A DNA stretch of 64,000 nt from Candidatus Bathyarchaeota archaeon (GCA_963775895.1 CAVZKL010000027.1:20565-84564), one strand, 5' to 3'. Positions 51,546 to 64,000 are shown, counted from the first letter of the stretch. Program-made: numbers and translations. The notes: generated by a model not told the origin, from the sequence alone.

Positions 51546-53878
51546 TTCACTGTGTCTTTCTCGAATGTTCCATCTGGCTGTCTCACGCCAGCTTTTACTC
51601 CTGTGAGGATTTCTATTCCTTCGTCAATTGACTTCACAGCGCAAATTCGGAACTGTCCGGCTTTCACGGCCTCTATGATCTCCTCTTTCAGCATCAGGTT
51701 CTGAACGTTGCTCTCTGGTATCATTACGCCCTGTTTGCCGTTGAAACCTTTTGTCTTGCAGACCTCGAAGAACCCTTCGATCTTTTCGTTTACCCCACCG
51801 ATGGCTTGCACTTCTCCTTTCTGGTTCACGGACCCTGTCAGGGCGAAGTTCTGTTTTATCGGTAATCCTGAGAGCGCGGATAAAATCGCATAGAGTTCGG
51901 TGCTTGAGGCGCTGTCTCCTTCAACTCCCCCGTAGCTCTGCTCAAAGACGAGGCGAGCTGAGAGACTGAGTGGCTTGTCCTGGGCGTACTTCTCGTTGAG
52001 ATAGCCGCTTAGGATCAGAACACCCTTGGTGTGAATTGGCCCGCCCATTTTGGCTTCTCTCTCAATGTCAATTACTCCCTCTCGGCCCAGACCCACGCTG
52101 GCCGTTACCCGGGAAGGAGTGCCAAATTCAAAGTCGCCCGTCCCTGTCACCGAAAGACCGTTCACCTGTCCAACGGCTTCTGCGTCCGTGTCGATTAGAA
52201 GAACGCCTCTCTTTATCATTTCCTGAATCTTCTCCTGTATGAGTTTTGAACGGTAAACCTTCTCTTCGATGGCTTTTTTCACGTGAGTTCCTGTTACGAG
52301 GTTCGAATTTTCTTCGGCAGCATAATAGTTGGCTTCGCGGATTACGTCAGCAACATCTGCAAATCTGGTGGAAAGCTTTTGCTGGTCTTCAGCCAGTCTT
52401 GAGCTGTGTTCAATCAGTTTAGCCAACGCTGAACTGTCAAGGTGCTTCAGGTTCTCTTTTTGGCACAACGTGCACACGAAAGCGGCGTATTGTTCGATGT
52501 TTTCCTCCGTCCATTCCATAGTCGTGTCGAAGTCTGCTTTGACCTTGAAAAGCTGGTTGAATTCCATGTCCAGAACGTACAATTGCTCGTACAGGTATGG
52601 GTCTCCGATCAGTACCACTTTGATATTCATAGGGATGGGTTCAGGCTTCAAGGTCTTTGAGGTTATGTAACCTAAACGTTCTTCCAGCTCCTCGATGTTG
52701 ATGTGCTCGCTTTTGAGGGCTCTCTTTAACCCCTCGTAGCTGAATGGGTTGCGAAGCAAATCCTCAACTGGCAGGATCAGATATCCGTTGTTCGCTCTGT
52801 GCAAGGATCCGCCTCTGATCATCGTAAAATCTGTAACGAGCGCGCCGAACTGAGCTTCCTTCTCAACTCTGCCAAAAAGGTTCTGATAGGTGGGGTTCGA
52901 TTCCATCACTACAGGAGCCCCTTTAGCGTTTGAGTTGTCGACGACAACGTTCACCTCAAACTTCTTGAATGGTTTCTCTCTGATCCACGGAAGTGCCAAA
53001 GGAGTCTGAGGAGTTGCTTCGGAACTCTTTATGAACTGGGACAAGTTGTCTAGAACGTCACTCTGTACGTCTTTTAGGTAGTCCGTAACGTCGGCCATGT
53101 CCTTGTATTTTTCAGTGAGGTCTGCAACTAGGTGGCCAATGGCGAAGAGTGCGACATCTCTGTTCATTTTGTCAAGTTTTTCGTGGATCGTCCTGTCCAT
53201 GTCCATGAATTGTCTCATTGCGCTTCTGAGTTCTGATCCCAATCGCTCTCTCTTCTTCTGCACATCGTCCCTGATTTTCTGCGGCAGAGCCAACAGCTCC
53301 TGCTCGCTGACCGGTTTGCCCTTTATCACCGGGATCAAGAGCAGTCCTATTGGCGTACTTTGGATGACGAAACCCTCTCTCTGAGCTTCGGCATTGAGTT
53401 GGTCGATGAGTTCTTTTCTCTGATTTTCCACTTCCTTGATCGTTGAGTCTCTCTTCGTCGCGTAGTCTTCGCTTTCAAAGGCTTTAGTAAGGGCGCTTCT
53501 GCCGTTCTCGACAAAACTCTTCATGTCTTTTTGGAATTCCTTTCCTTTGCCGGGCGGCAGCTTGATGGCTTTGGGCGCGTACTCGTTGGAAAAATTGTTC
53601 ACGTAGCACCAGTCGGAAGGAACGGGCTTGGTGCGAGCTACTTCCTCTAGGAAGTTCTTGACCGCCGTTGTCCTTCCCGTCCCAGGATAGCCGGCTACGT
53701 ATATGTTGAATCCCTTGTCTCTGATTCCTATCCCGAACTTGAGTGCTCTCACAGCTCTTTCCTGACCAATAATCTCTTCAAGGGGTGTTAATTCTCGTGT
53801 TGTTTCACAAGGCATGAGATTAGCCTGACATTCTCTTCTCAGTTTTTCCACGGGTAATGGATTCACCATTCTAATCAT
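51455..53878 (-). CDS. Lon-family ATP-dependent protease (LonC/AAA_32 type, no TM insert)
   Basis: IGQERA, GYPGTGRT, GSLHRANNG, GQVNGL, GDSASSTE (Ser), GGVNEKIEGF (Lys). Confidence 0.9.
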   Translation of the reverse strand: MIRMVNPLPVEKLRRECQANLMPCETTRELTPLEEIIGQERAVRALKFGIGIRDKGFNIYVAGYPGTGRTTAVKNFLEEVARTKPVPSDWCYVNNFSNEYAPKAIKLPPGKGKEFQKDMKSFVENGRSALTKAFESEDYATKRDSTIKEVENQRKELIDQLNAEAQREGFVIQSTPIGLLLIPVIKGKPVSEQELLALPQKIRDDVQKKRERLGSELRSAMRQFMDMDRTIHEKLDKMNRDVALFAIGHLVADLTEKYKDMADVTDYLKDVQSDVLDNLSQFIKSSEATPQTPLALPWIREKPFKKFEVNVVVDNSNAKGAPVVMESNPTYQNLFGRVEKEAQFGALVTDFTMIRGGSLHRANNGYLILPVEDLLRNPFSYEGLKRALKSEHINIEELEERLGYITSKTLKPEPIPMNIKVVLIGDPYLYEQLYVLDMEFNQLFKVKADFDTTMEWTEENIEQYAAFVCTLCQKENLKHLDSSALAKLIEHSSRLAEDQQKLSTRFADVADVIREANYYAAEENSNLVTGTHVKKAIEEKVYRSKLIQEKIQEMIKRGVLLIDTDAEAVGQVNGLSVTGTGDFEFGTPSRVTASVGLGREGVIDIEREAKMGGPIHTKGVLILSGYLNEKYAQDKPLSLSARLVFEQSYGGVEGDSASSTELYAILSALSGLPIKQNFALTGSVNQKGEVQAIGGVNEKIEGFFEVCKTKGFNGKQGVMIPESNVQNLMLKEEIIEAVKAGQFRICAVKSIDEGIEILTGVKAGVRQPDGTFEKDTVNYKVDVRLRDMAEKLRAIICARARREKEKR

Positions 53879-53981
53879 CCCAACACAGAATGAAAGACTG
53901 CATGCAATCAGAATATTTACATCTTGTTGTTATATATTGCGATTGGACATATCCGCGCTACTATCGGATGGAGGGCAGAAT

Positions 53982-54542
53982 ATGAACGGTTCAGTCACCA
54001 TTCTCGGTTTTGCAGGAAGCTTGCGAAAAGAGTCATACAACAAGGCGTTGTTACGTGCGGCCGCTGAATTGCTGCCAAAGGACGCCGTGCTTGAAATCTT
54101 TGACCTTGAAGGCATTCCCCCCTTCAATCAGGACCTTGAAGATCATCCGCCTGAAAGGGTGAGAGACTTTAAAACGAGAATCAGAGCAGCAGATGCGATT
54201 CTGATTGCGACGCCCGAGTACAACTATTCCATTCCTGGTGTTTTGAAGAACGCGATTGATTGGGCTTCGAGACCCCCAAAAGATAACGCTTGGAGAGACA
54301 AGCCAGTGGCAATAATGAGCGCCTCCACGGGAATGATGGGAGGCGCCAGAGCACAATATCACCTCAGGCAATGTTTCGTGTTTCTTGACATGCACCCTAT
54401 CAACAAGCCAGAAGTCGTAGTCACGTATGCCCCTCAAAAAATAGACACAAATGGCAGAGTAACCGAGGAGCAAACAAGAGAACACATCAGAAACCTGCTT
54501 GAGAACCTCGTCGCTTGGACCAGACGACTGAAAAAGCAATAG
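53982..54542 (+). CDS. NADPH-dependent FMN reductase
   Basis: GSLRKESYN, TPEYNYSIPGVLKNAIDW, GGARAQ. Confidence 0.92.
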   Translation: MNGSVTILGFAGSLRKESYNKALLRAAAELLPKDAVLEIFDLEGIPPFNQDLEDHPPERVRDFKTRIRAADAILIATPEYNYSIPGVLKNAIDWASRPPKDNAWRDKPVAIMSASTGMMGGARAQYHLRQCFVFLDMHPINKPEVVVTYAPQKIDTNGRVTEEQTREHIRNLLENLVAWTRRLKKQ

Positions 54543-54754
54543 CGAGTAATTAGGAAGGAAGACCTGTCGCCCGCACATGTATTGCTTCTGTGCAAAAACA
54601 ACAAACCTCAGACGACTCACAAATCGAAGAAAGTTACACGCAGCCGCGTCTCTCAACTTTAAGAAAGATTATAATGGTCTTCCTCCTCTCAGAAGAAGGA
54701 CATTTGACACGATGAGAATAGTGGGCAGAAGTAGACGTGCATGAGGAAAGACTA

Positions 54755-55663
54755 ATGTTCAAATTCAGCATGGAACAGAAAATCTATGATATCGCCGGAT
54801 TGAAGATTGGCGGGCAACCTGGGCAACTGCCAACTGTTATGATCGGAAGCATTTTCTATCATAAGGATAAGATCGTTTGCGATCCGAAAATAGGCAGCTT
54901 CGACAGGAATCAAGCGGAGCAAATGTTGAAAACGGAAGATGCCGTATCCAATGCAACTGGCAACCCTAGGATAGTTGACGTCTGTGCCTCCTGGTCTGCA
55001 GCCTTTCCAAAACACATCGAGTTCGTGGCAAGCACCGTCAAAGGTCCGTTCACCATCGACGGCACAACCGCTGAAGTCCGAATGGCAGGCGCCAAATACG
55101 TCAGTGAAACAGGCCTATCCGACAGAGTCGTCTATAACAGCATAAACCCTGAAACTCGAGACGAGGAACTGGTAGCAATCAAAGACGCAAAAATAAAAGC
55201 AGCGATACTGCTTGCTTTGAACGCCAAGAACCCCACTATTTCGGGAAGATTGGCAGTCGTCGACAAGTTGCTGGAAAGAGCCAAAGCAGCTGGAGTAGAG
55301 AAATCACTCGTGGACACCACCGTGCTCGACGTTCCTGACCCGGGACCAGCAGGAAAAACCGCCTATTTGGTCAAAGAAAAATACGGTTTGCCATGCGGGT
55401 GCGGTGCACACAATGCCGTTGAAATGTGGCACAGACGCAAGAAACTTGAACCCGAGGCGCTACTCACGAGCAGTGTGGTCGCGAATGTTCTGCCGATTAT
55501 CATGGGATCAAGTTTCATGTTGTACGGTCCAATCGGAAACGCACCAAGAATGTACATTCCAGTCGCGGTTGCTGATGCTTACATTGCCTACACAATGATG
55601 CAAGAGTACAACATCCGACCTTTGACCAACGCTCACCCGCTGTTCAGAATTTTCAGAACGTAG
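54755..55663 (+). CDS. mtrH: MtrH-family H4MPT methyltransferase
   Basis: IGGQPGQLPTVMIGSIFY, VYNSIN, GCGAHNA, LYGPI, HPL. Confidence 0.9.
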   Translation: MFKFSMEQKIYDIAGLKIGGQPGQLPTVMIGSIFYHKDKIVCDPKIGSFDRNQAEQMLKTEDAVSNATGNPRIVDVCASWSAAFPKHIEFVASTVKGPFTIDGTTAEVRMAGAKYVSETGLSDRVVYNSINPETRDEELVAIKDAKIKAAILLALNAKNPTISGRLAVVDKLLERAKAAGVEKSLVDTTVLDVPDPGPAGKTAYLVKEKYGLPCGCGAHNAVEMWHRRKKLEPEALLTSSVVANVLPIIMGSSFMLYGPIGNAPRMYIPVAVADAYIAYTMMQEYNIRPLTNAHPLFRIFRT

Positions 55664-55798
55664 AAGCACAATCACCCGTCGAAGTTTCTAAACCTACTTG
55701 TCTCCACATTTCTCATGGGCTCCCATGAAGATGGCAAGCAAAAGTTTACATAGCCAACTCATGCCTTTTGAACCAACCTTCGAATTGGCAAAGAGAAG

Positions 55799-56966
55799 AT
55801 GTCGATGAAAGCCTCTGACAGAATCAGCCTGATAAAACCATCAGGGATACGAAAGATGCTCGACCTTTCGGCCGGAATGTCGAACGTCGTCCACCTTGAG
55901 CAAGGAGAACCCAATTTTGTTACACCTCCACACATCGTGGATGCAGCGGTAGAAGCAATGAGGAAAGGATTTACGCATTACACGGACACCAGTGGAACAC
56001 TGGAACTTCGACAAGCCATAGCTGAAAAACTTGAAAAAGAGAACAATATTCACGCGGATCCACGAACAGAAGTGACAGTGACCTCGGGTTCTCAAGAGGC
56101 CATGTTCACTGCTGCTTTGGGTTTCTTGGGTGCACGGCGATGAAGCGTTAGTGATTGATCCCTACTATCCTGCTTACTTTGAGGACACAATACTGGCGGG
56201 TGCCGTTCCTGTCACAATTCCGCTCAGTGCAGAAGACGACTACAAAATAGAGATCGAAATGTTAGAAAAGAAGATAACACGCAAGACAAAGATGATTTGG
56301 GTATGCAACCCATCCAACCCGACTGGTCACGTTTTTTCGAAACAGGACCTGGAAACGTTAGCCGAAATCGCAAAGAAACATGATTTGGTGGTTTTCGCGG
56401 ACGAGATTTACGAGAAAATAGTTTACGAAGGACAGAAACCAATTAGCATTGCTTCCTTGTCAGGCATGGAGGAACGGACGATAACGGTACAAGGGTTTTC
56501 AAAAGCCTACGCCATGACAGGGTGGAGAATAGGCTACATGGTTGCAGCCAAGAACCTCTCGTCGACACTTCGCACTCTACATTATTATGCGACTCTATGT
56601 CCAAACATAATTTCGCAGAAAGCTGCCCTTGCAGCCCTTAAAGGTTCTCAGAAATGCGTCCAAGAGATGCTTACAGAGTATGCGCGAAGAAGAAAACTCG
56701 TGCTCAGCGAGATTAGCAGACTGAAATTGTTGTCCTGTGTTCCGCCGAAAGGAGCTTTCTACGTCTTCCCTGACTGCTCTAAACTTGAGAAATCGGACGA
56801 AAAGTTAGCAACTGAAATCTTGGAAAAAGCCAAAGTTGTGACCGTACCCGGCTCTGGTTTCGGAAAAGCTGGACAAGGGCATCTGAGGATATCCTATTCA
56901 CCTGAATATGAACAAGTCAAGGAAGGAATGAAGCGAATAAGATCTTTTGTGGACTCCAAAACCTGA
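55799..56966 (+). CDS. PLP-dependent aminotransferase class I/II (frameshift near 56130)
   Basis: GEPNF, NPSNPTG, DEIY, GFSKAYAMTGWRIG, PGSGFG, LRISY. Confidence 0.92.
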
Positions 56967-57104
56967 ACGCGGCACTCATTCCCCAACCGGTTTGAGATAG
57001 TATAATGATATGCCAATGATGAAAAAGCAAAAGTTTAAGGAAGTGGCTTCACGAAGTAGAAGTGACCAAGAAAGTCCTTAGAAGCTTGCCTGAAGTGTGA
57101 GTAA

Positions 57105-57549
57105 ATGCCAAGAATAGTTGTATTCTATTACAGTCGAACGGGAAACACTGAGAAGATGGCTCAGGCGATAGCTGAAGGATGCAGATCGGTTTCAGGAATC
57201 GAAGTCGATGTAAGTTATTACTTGCCTCCAGAACAGCTCGTAGGTTTCGACGCCATCCTCGTCGGGTCTCCGACTTATCACCATGATATGCCGGGCACGA
57301 TCAAGAGCTACTTTGAGGAGGCAGCAGTCAAGAACGTCAATTTGAAAGATAAGGTCGGCTGCAGCTTTCGGTTCCTACGGATGGAGTGGCGAAGCTCCGA
57401 AATTCGTCATAGAGATTTTGAAGAACAAGTTTGGAATGAACGTCACTGAACCTCCTTTCCTAATCAAGTACGCGCCAGACCAAACTGGTCTGGAGAGATG
57501 TTCTGCTTTGGGCAAGAGGGTTGCCGAAAGCCTTATTCACAAAGCCTGA
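57105..57549 (+). CDS. Flavodoxin-like protein (frameshift near 57360)
   Basis: YSRTGNTEKMA, GSPTY, then FGSYGWSGEA in the shifted frame. Confidence 0.85.
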
Positions 57550-57577
57550 CATGTGCTAAACGAAAGGAGGAAACCGA

Positions 57578-58057
57578 ATGAGTTCAAAAGACGAACTTGT
57601 CGAATTCTTGAAGGAACAGGTCAAAGTTGAGAATAAGATCGTTGATTCGTTGAACAAGTCCTTGCCTGAAATTGAAAACCCCACGGTCCGAGGAGTTCTG
57701 AAGGGAGTCTCGCTAGATTCAGTGAAGCATGCTGAAATGTACGCCTCAGCAGTTCGGTTGATGACCACTGTTTCCAAGGCACTGACACAGGAAAACCTGG
57801 ACAAGCAAAGAGACCTTGTAGAAAGGCACATACAGATGGAGGCAGAACTCATAAAGAAAATCAGCAAAGTGCTACCCACGGTCAAAGACGGCAAAGTTAA
57901 GCTCTTGCTGAGCGCGATACTGGAAGACGAGAAAAGACATCATGGTCTTCTGAAGCAAATACTGGAGATCCTAGTTAAAGGCGAAACGATAACCGAAGCA
58001 GACTGGTGGGACATAATCTGGAAAGATGTTCCCTTCCATGGTTCACCAGGCGGCTAG
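57578..58057 (+). CDS. Ferritin-like/rubrerythrin-type diiron protein
   Basis: E..E, DSVKH, HIQME, EDEKRHH four-helix bundle motifs. Confidence 0.78.
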   Translation: MSSKDELVEFLKEQVKVENKIVDSLNKSLPEIENPTVRGVLKGVSLDSVKHAEMYASAVRLMTTVSKALTQENLDKQRDLVERHIQMEAELIKKISKVLPTVKDGKVKLLLSAILEDEKRHHGLLKQILEILVKGETITEADWWDIIWKDVPFHGSPGG

Positions 58058-58084
58058 ACATCAAGCACAAGCTCAAACAACTTT

Positions 58085-58100
58085 TTCCCTAAATCCGTGC
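58085..58100. other. Abrupt archaeal to high-GC bacterial junction (probable chimera or contig join)
   Basis: Composition and gene content switch within a few bases; a bacterial gene is cut at the junction. Confidence 0.85.
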
Positions 58101-58657
58101 AGCGGCAAACTGCATCACCGGCGGCGCACGTCTTCTGTTTCGGACTGCAGTTGCTTCAGTTCGCGGTCGGTCTGCGCGCTGGCCAGCGTCGAGAGCTGGC
58201 CCGCATCGCGCGACAGTTCGGTGAATTCGCGCAGCGTGCTGGTGATGCGTGTGGGTGACTTTGAACTCAAGGCTTCGGCAATCGTCTCGATTGTCTTTTC
58301 CATGTTCGCGATGACACGCGCGCGTTCGTCGTTGCCGCCTGGCAGCGCCGAGAAGTTCTTCAACGTCTTCGTGAGCAGGTCGCGGTTCTGCGTGAAGGTA
58401 TCCAGCAGTGCCGGCCGCGGGATGATCTGGTAGAGACGCACGGTGCGCTCCAGTGACGAGACCTGCCGCACCAGGGCCTGCGTGTACTGAGTCGCTGCGA
58501 CGCCGTTCACCACCAGCCGCTCGCTCGCAGCCGACAGTGTCCGCATCTCGATGGCCGCGCTGATCGTGCCGAGCAGGGCGGGCAGTGCGACGATCACGAA
58601 CCCGAGCAGGATCAGTCCGGTGAGGGAGCGGGGGCGGAGGTCGAAGGAGCGTGTCAC
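58093..58657 (-). CDS. Sensor histidine kinase N-terminal part (GlrK/QseE-like), truncated
   Basis: RPRSLTGLILLGFVIVALP TM and periplasmic helical domain; HAMP/kinase part missing past the junction. Confidence 0.6.
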
Positions 58658-58725
58658 GCTTGGCTTGGGGCCTGGCTGCAGGACGAAGTGCCGGCAAGCG
58701 TACGTGAGCCCGTACAATCGAAGCA

Positions 58726-59749
58726 ATGAATGCCCCGCATCCGTATTCCGCGCTGACCCCCGACGTCGTCGTCAGCGCCGTCGAAGCGCTGGGGCACGCG
58801 TGCGACGGTCGCATCCTGGCCCTGAATAGTTACGAAAACCGCGTCTACCAGGTGGGCCGAGAAGACACCACGCCTGTCGTGGTGAAGTTCTACCGACCCG
58901 AGCGCTGGCCCGACGCCGCGATTCTCGAGGAGCACGAGTTTGCGCTGGAACTCGCGCGTGCCGAGATCCCGGTGATCGCGCCGGACGTGCACGACGGCCG
59001 CACGCTCTTCAAGCACGAAGGCTTCCGTTACGCCGTGTACCGTCGGGCGGGCGGCCGCTGGCCCGAGCTCGGCACCAAGGACGACCGCCGGTGGATGGGA
59101 CGCTTCCTGGCGCGCATCCATGCCATCGGCCGCACCCGCGCATTTCGGCACCGACCCCGGCTCGACTGGCGCGTGCTGGGGCAGGACCGGCCGACTACCT
59201 GCTGGAACGGGCTGGATTCCATCGCACATCGAGGCCGCGTACGAGACGCTTGCCGAGGACGTGCTGGGCCTGGTCGAGCAGCGCTTCGACGAGGCGCAGC
59301 CGTCTGCGCATGCTGCGCCTGCATGGCGACTGCCACCCGGGCAACGTGCTGTGGACTGACGCCGGACCGCACTTCGTGGACCTGGACGACTGCATGACGG
59401 GCCCGGCGGTGCAGGACCTGTGGATGCTGCTTTCCGGTCGACCGGAGGAAATGCGGCAGCAGCTGACGACACGTGCTGAGGGCTACCAGGAGTTCGGCGA
59501 CTTCGAGCAGCACGAGGTGGCGCTGATCGAGCCGCTGCGCACGCTGCGCATCATGCATTACACGGGCTGGTTGGCCCGGCGCTGGGAAGATCCTGCGTTT
59601 CCGCGCGCGTTTCCTGGTTCGAGGAGCCCAAGTACTGGGAGCAGCACGTGCTGAACCTGCGCGAACAGCTCTCCGCGATGGAAGAGGGGCCCTTCGACTC
59701 CGAAAAAAGCGAACACGGTCCCAAGAACCGGACCGCCGAGGCTTGGTAG
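58726..59749 (+). CDS. srkA: Stress response Ser/Thr kinase SrkA/RdoA (frameshifted)
   Basis: LNSYENRVYQ, KFYRPERW, LHGDCHPGN, VDLDD, GPAVQDLWM, RWEDPAFPRAFP. Confidence 0.92.
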
Positions 59750-59752
59750 CAT

Positions 59753-60752
<1,000 letters not shown>

Positions 60753-60921
60753 CGCGGAATTGATCGTCGCCGAACCGCAGGTGTCCACGAGCGGCACCCG
60801 GAGCCGTGCGTGCGCCGTGATATTCTGGGCGAATCCGAACACTTCGCTGCGGTGACCCGTAGTCATGTGCTGACTTCCTTTCGCCTGCGATTCCAGTCCG
60901 ATCCAACGGCTGGCGACGCGT

Positions 60922-63108
60922 TTGCGCCTGGCCGGGCTCGGCGTCGTGGCGGCGGCGCTGACCGCGTGCGGTGGCGGCGGTGGCAGCAGTGGTGGTGGCA
61001 GCGTCAACCCGGCACCGACGGCGTCCTTTACGGCGACACCCACCGCGGGTACGGCACCGCTCACGGTGGACTTCAACGCGGCGGCCTCGACGGACGCGGG
61101 CGGCTCGATCAGCACCTACAGCTGGAATTTCGGTGATGGCGGGACCTCGGCCTCGACCAGCCCGACGGCGAGCCGCACTTACACCACCGCCGGCACCTTC
61201 ACCGTCACATTGATCGTGACGGACAACCAGGGCGCCACCGGCTCCACGACACGCACCGTCACGGTCAGCACGCCGAACCTCCCGCCCACGGCCGCTTTCC
61301 AGTTCCTGCCCACCGGCGGTCCCGCGCCGCTGTTCGTGTTCTTCGACGGTTCGTCCTCGACGGATCCCGACGGCACGATTGCCGGTTACACTTGGGATTT
61401 CGGCGATGGCACGGGCGTCGTCAGCGGCAAGACACCGGCCCACACTTTCGCGACCGCGGGCACGTTATGGTACGCCTGACGGTGCAGGACACGCAGGGCG
61501 CCACGGTCTCGACCACGCAGTCGATCACCGTGACGGCGGGTGCGGGCGGCGGGGCAGGGCCTACCGTCAGCGGCCGCATCACGTACGCACGCGTGCCGCT
61601 ATCGAGCACGTTCAGCCTGGGTCTCAACTACGGCAACACCAGCGACCAGCCCGCGCGGGAAGTCATCGTCGAATTGATCCCGGCCGGTGGCGGCGCGCCA
61701 CTCGCAACAACGACAACCGACAGCGACGCAACTGCGCCTTCACCTCCCCGGCCAACATCAACGTTTCGTTCGCGCCAAGGCCCAGGCTCGCCGCACCACC
61801 TCGCCGACGCTGGACATCCGCGTCTTCAACAACACGGGCGGCAATGCGCTGTACGTGCTGGATGGCTCGTCTTCAAAATCGGTCCGGCGCTGGCACGCTG
61901 ACGCGCAACCTGGCGGCAGGCTCTGGCTGGGGCGGCACGGGGTATGTCGGGGTGCGGGCCGCGGCACCCTTTGCCATCCTCGACACGTTGTATGCCGCCG
62001 CCGAGTTCGTGCACGACAACGGTGCCAGCGTCGACTTGCCCACGCTGGATGCCTTCTGGAGCCCGCTCAATAATCCGAACAGCGGCGACGTGGCCAGCGG
62101 CAACATCGTCTCGACGCTATCGCCCCGCGCCGGTGTGGCCGGCGATCCACCCAAGGGCATCTATGTACTGGGGCTCGAGAATGTCGATACCGACGAGTAC
62201 GACCCGCACGTGCTGGCGCACGAGTTCCACCATTACCTGGAGGACAACCTGAGCCGCACTGACACGACCGGCGGCGAGCATTCACGCAACGAGCGGCTCG
62301 ACCTGCGACTCGCATTCAGCGAAGGTTTCGCGAACGCGTTCTCCGGCATGGTGCTGGGCAATCCTGTCTACCGCGACACGTTCGGGTCCCAGCAGGGGCA
62401 GAGCAACGGCGTGAACATGGAGACCGATGTCCCGCACCGGCAGGGTGGTTGAACGAGAACTCGATCCAGTCGATCGCCTGGGACCTCTTCGATCGCGCGG
62501 CCGACGCGGCCGATGCGGTGCAGGTGGGGTACCGACCGATGTTCCGGGCTTTCGCTGACCCGCTGCTCACCGGCGCGCCGCTGACCAGTATTTATCCGTT
62601 CCTTACGTACATCCGGTCACAGCCGGGCGTCGCGGGCGCGGACGTGGCATCCCTCGCACTTGAACAGGGCATCCGCGTCAACGACGCCTACGGCACCGGT
62701 GAGACCAACAGCGGCGATCCCGGAGGCGCTGCCAATTACACCGACATCACCCTCAACGCTACACCGGTGACCGTGTGCGGCAGCGCGACCGCGGCGGCTA
62801 CAACAAGCTCGGCAACCGCCGGTTCCTGCGCTTCACGCTCGGTGCAAGCCGGCTGATCTCGATTCGCGCGCTCTATTCCCGGCCGGCTCAACGGCGCCGT
62901 TCAGTCCTCGTCCGATCCCGACATCGTGCTGTTCCGCAGTGGGTTCCTTGCCGTCGCCGAAACCACTACCGTCGGTGACGAACTGCTCACGCGCACGCTG
63001 CAGGATGGCGAATACGTGATCGAGGTCTATGAGTGGAGCCACGTCGATCCGACATACTCGCCACTGCGACGGCGCGGCGACGTGCTTCAATGTATCGGTC
63101 AGGGCTGA
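60922..63108 (+). CDS. Lipoprotein with two PKD domains and a HEXXH metallopeptidase-like domain (frameshifted)
   Basis: LTAC-GGGGG lipobox; YSWNFGDG and YTWDFGDG PKD repeats; AHEFHH and FSEGFAN. Confidence 0.75.
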
Positions 63109-63142
63109 CGCAGTCCCAGGCAACGGGAACCCAGAGGCAGGC

Positions 63143-63816
63143 ATGCGCATGACATCGAACAACAACGACTTCGGCCCGGCACAGAGCGCTCCGCGTTTGC
63201 GGCGTATCGCTTTGACTGCAGCGGCGACCGCTTGCGGGCACGCTGGCGGCCGGTTGCAGCAACGCCGACAAGGACGCCGAGCACGACGCCAAGGTGGCCA
63301 AGCGAGCCGAATCGCAGGCTACGGCGGCGGCCCCCAATGCCGACGGCTCGCCGGGCAGGGCACCGGCGAACGCCGAAGACAAGAAGTCGCGACTGGCCGA
63401 TGCGGTGGTCGACAGCAAGACCACCGCGCCCGTCGACATGCAATACGACCTGCTGGCAAAGCCGGCACTCGGCCAGCCGTTCAAGTCGAACTGACGTTCA
63501 CGACGCGCCTGCCTGCCCGGCGTCGGAATAGAACTCGCCGAGAACCCGGGCCTGACGGTCGTCGGCGCGAGAAGCGCGCGCTTCGAGCCGGTCGAAAGGG
63601 GTCACGTCTACACGACCAAGGTGCTGGTCCAGGGCGACACCGCGGGGCTCTACTACCTGGGCGTCATGGCCAAGATGTCGACGCAGGTGCAGACCGAAAC
63701 CCGCGCCTTTGCGGTCCCGGTCGTCATCGGCACTCCCGGCGGCGCGGAGGGCGACTCCGACCGCAGATGCGTCGGGGCAGGCGATCCAGTCGATGCCGGC
63801 CGAGGAACCGAAGTAA
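63143..63816 (+). CDS. Hypothetical lipoprotein (frameshifted)
   Basis: LAAGC-like lipobox, low-complexity linker, APVDMQYDL.. beta-rich domain. Confidence 0.5.
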
Positions 63817-63914
63817 CGGTTCTTGGTCTCCGGGCTTCCACCTCGCACGCGTCAGCGGGAGAGGTCGCGCGAAGCGCGGGTGAGGGTCCGGCTGGCGGGT
63901 TCGGGCTATTGCCT

Positions 63915-63991
63915 GACGATCGATCCGGTGCCTTGTCCCGAGCTTGGAAAGGCAGACACGCGCTCGGGACAAGGCACCGAGATCGATCGTC
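63915..63991. terminator. Long stem-loop (29-bp stem with one bulge), terminator or REP-like
   Basis: GACGATCGATC-CGGTGCCTTGTCCCGAGC pairs with GCTCGGGACAAGGCACCG-A-GATCGATCGTC around an 18-nt loop. Confidence 0.6.
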
Positions 63992-64000
63992 CGAAACATC

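Noticed and set aside
40004-58090. Integrated element at tRNA-Cys
   Set aside because: No duplicate of the tRNA 3-prime end and no integrase were seen downstream.

Overview
Bases 1 to about 58,090 are an archaeal chromosome segment of moderate GC. It is most likely Bathyarchaeia/TACK, inferred from the archaeal ribosomal proteins, mtrH, an mch-like gene, a dockerin and a PEF-CTERM protein. In order it holds: (1) a surface-glycosylation cluster (GT4s, gmd/fcl, wecB, GT2s, a multi-TM protein; 0.1-11.2 kb); (2) an accessory stretch with a stand-alone dockerin, an LLM oxidoreductase and a strongly AT-rich 4-gene polysaccharide island (nucleotide-sugar dehydrogenase, small membrane protein, QxxRW GT2, NodB-type deacetylase) bracketed by a repeated ~25-bp imperfect palindrome; (3) the rpl22-to-cmk ribosomal protein/secY operon with an Hsp20 gene inserted between rpl30 and rpl15; (4) radical SAM, GT2, AIR-synthase-like, ECF-S, TPR, DNA ligase and ThiF/MoeB genes and tRNA-Cys(GCA); (5) a mixed metabolic region (cupredoxin, broken mch homolog, FGGY kinase, arcC, HerA-like ATPase, glutaminyl cyclase, LonC-type protease, mtrH, aminotransferase, flavodoxin, ferritin-like). 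Runs of (CG)4-5 are strikingly frequent and mostly intergenic. At about 58,093 the sequence switches abruptly to high-GC gammaproteobacterial-like DNA (truncated sensor kinase, srkA, galE, PKD/HEXXH lipoprotein), most likely a chimeric join. Many genes, including essential ones, carry single-base frameshifts consistent with uncorrected long-read errors. All calls are by eye from motifs; no searches were run.
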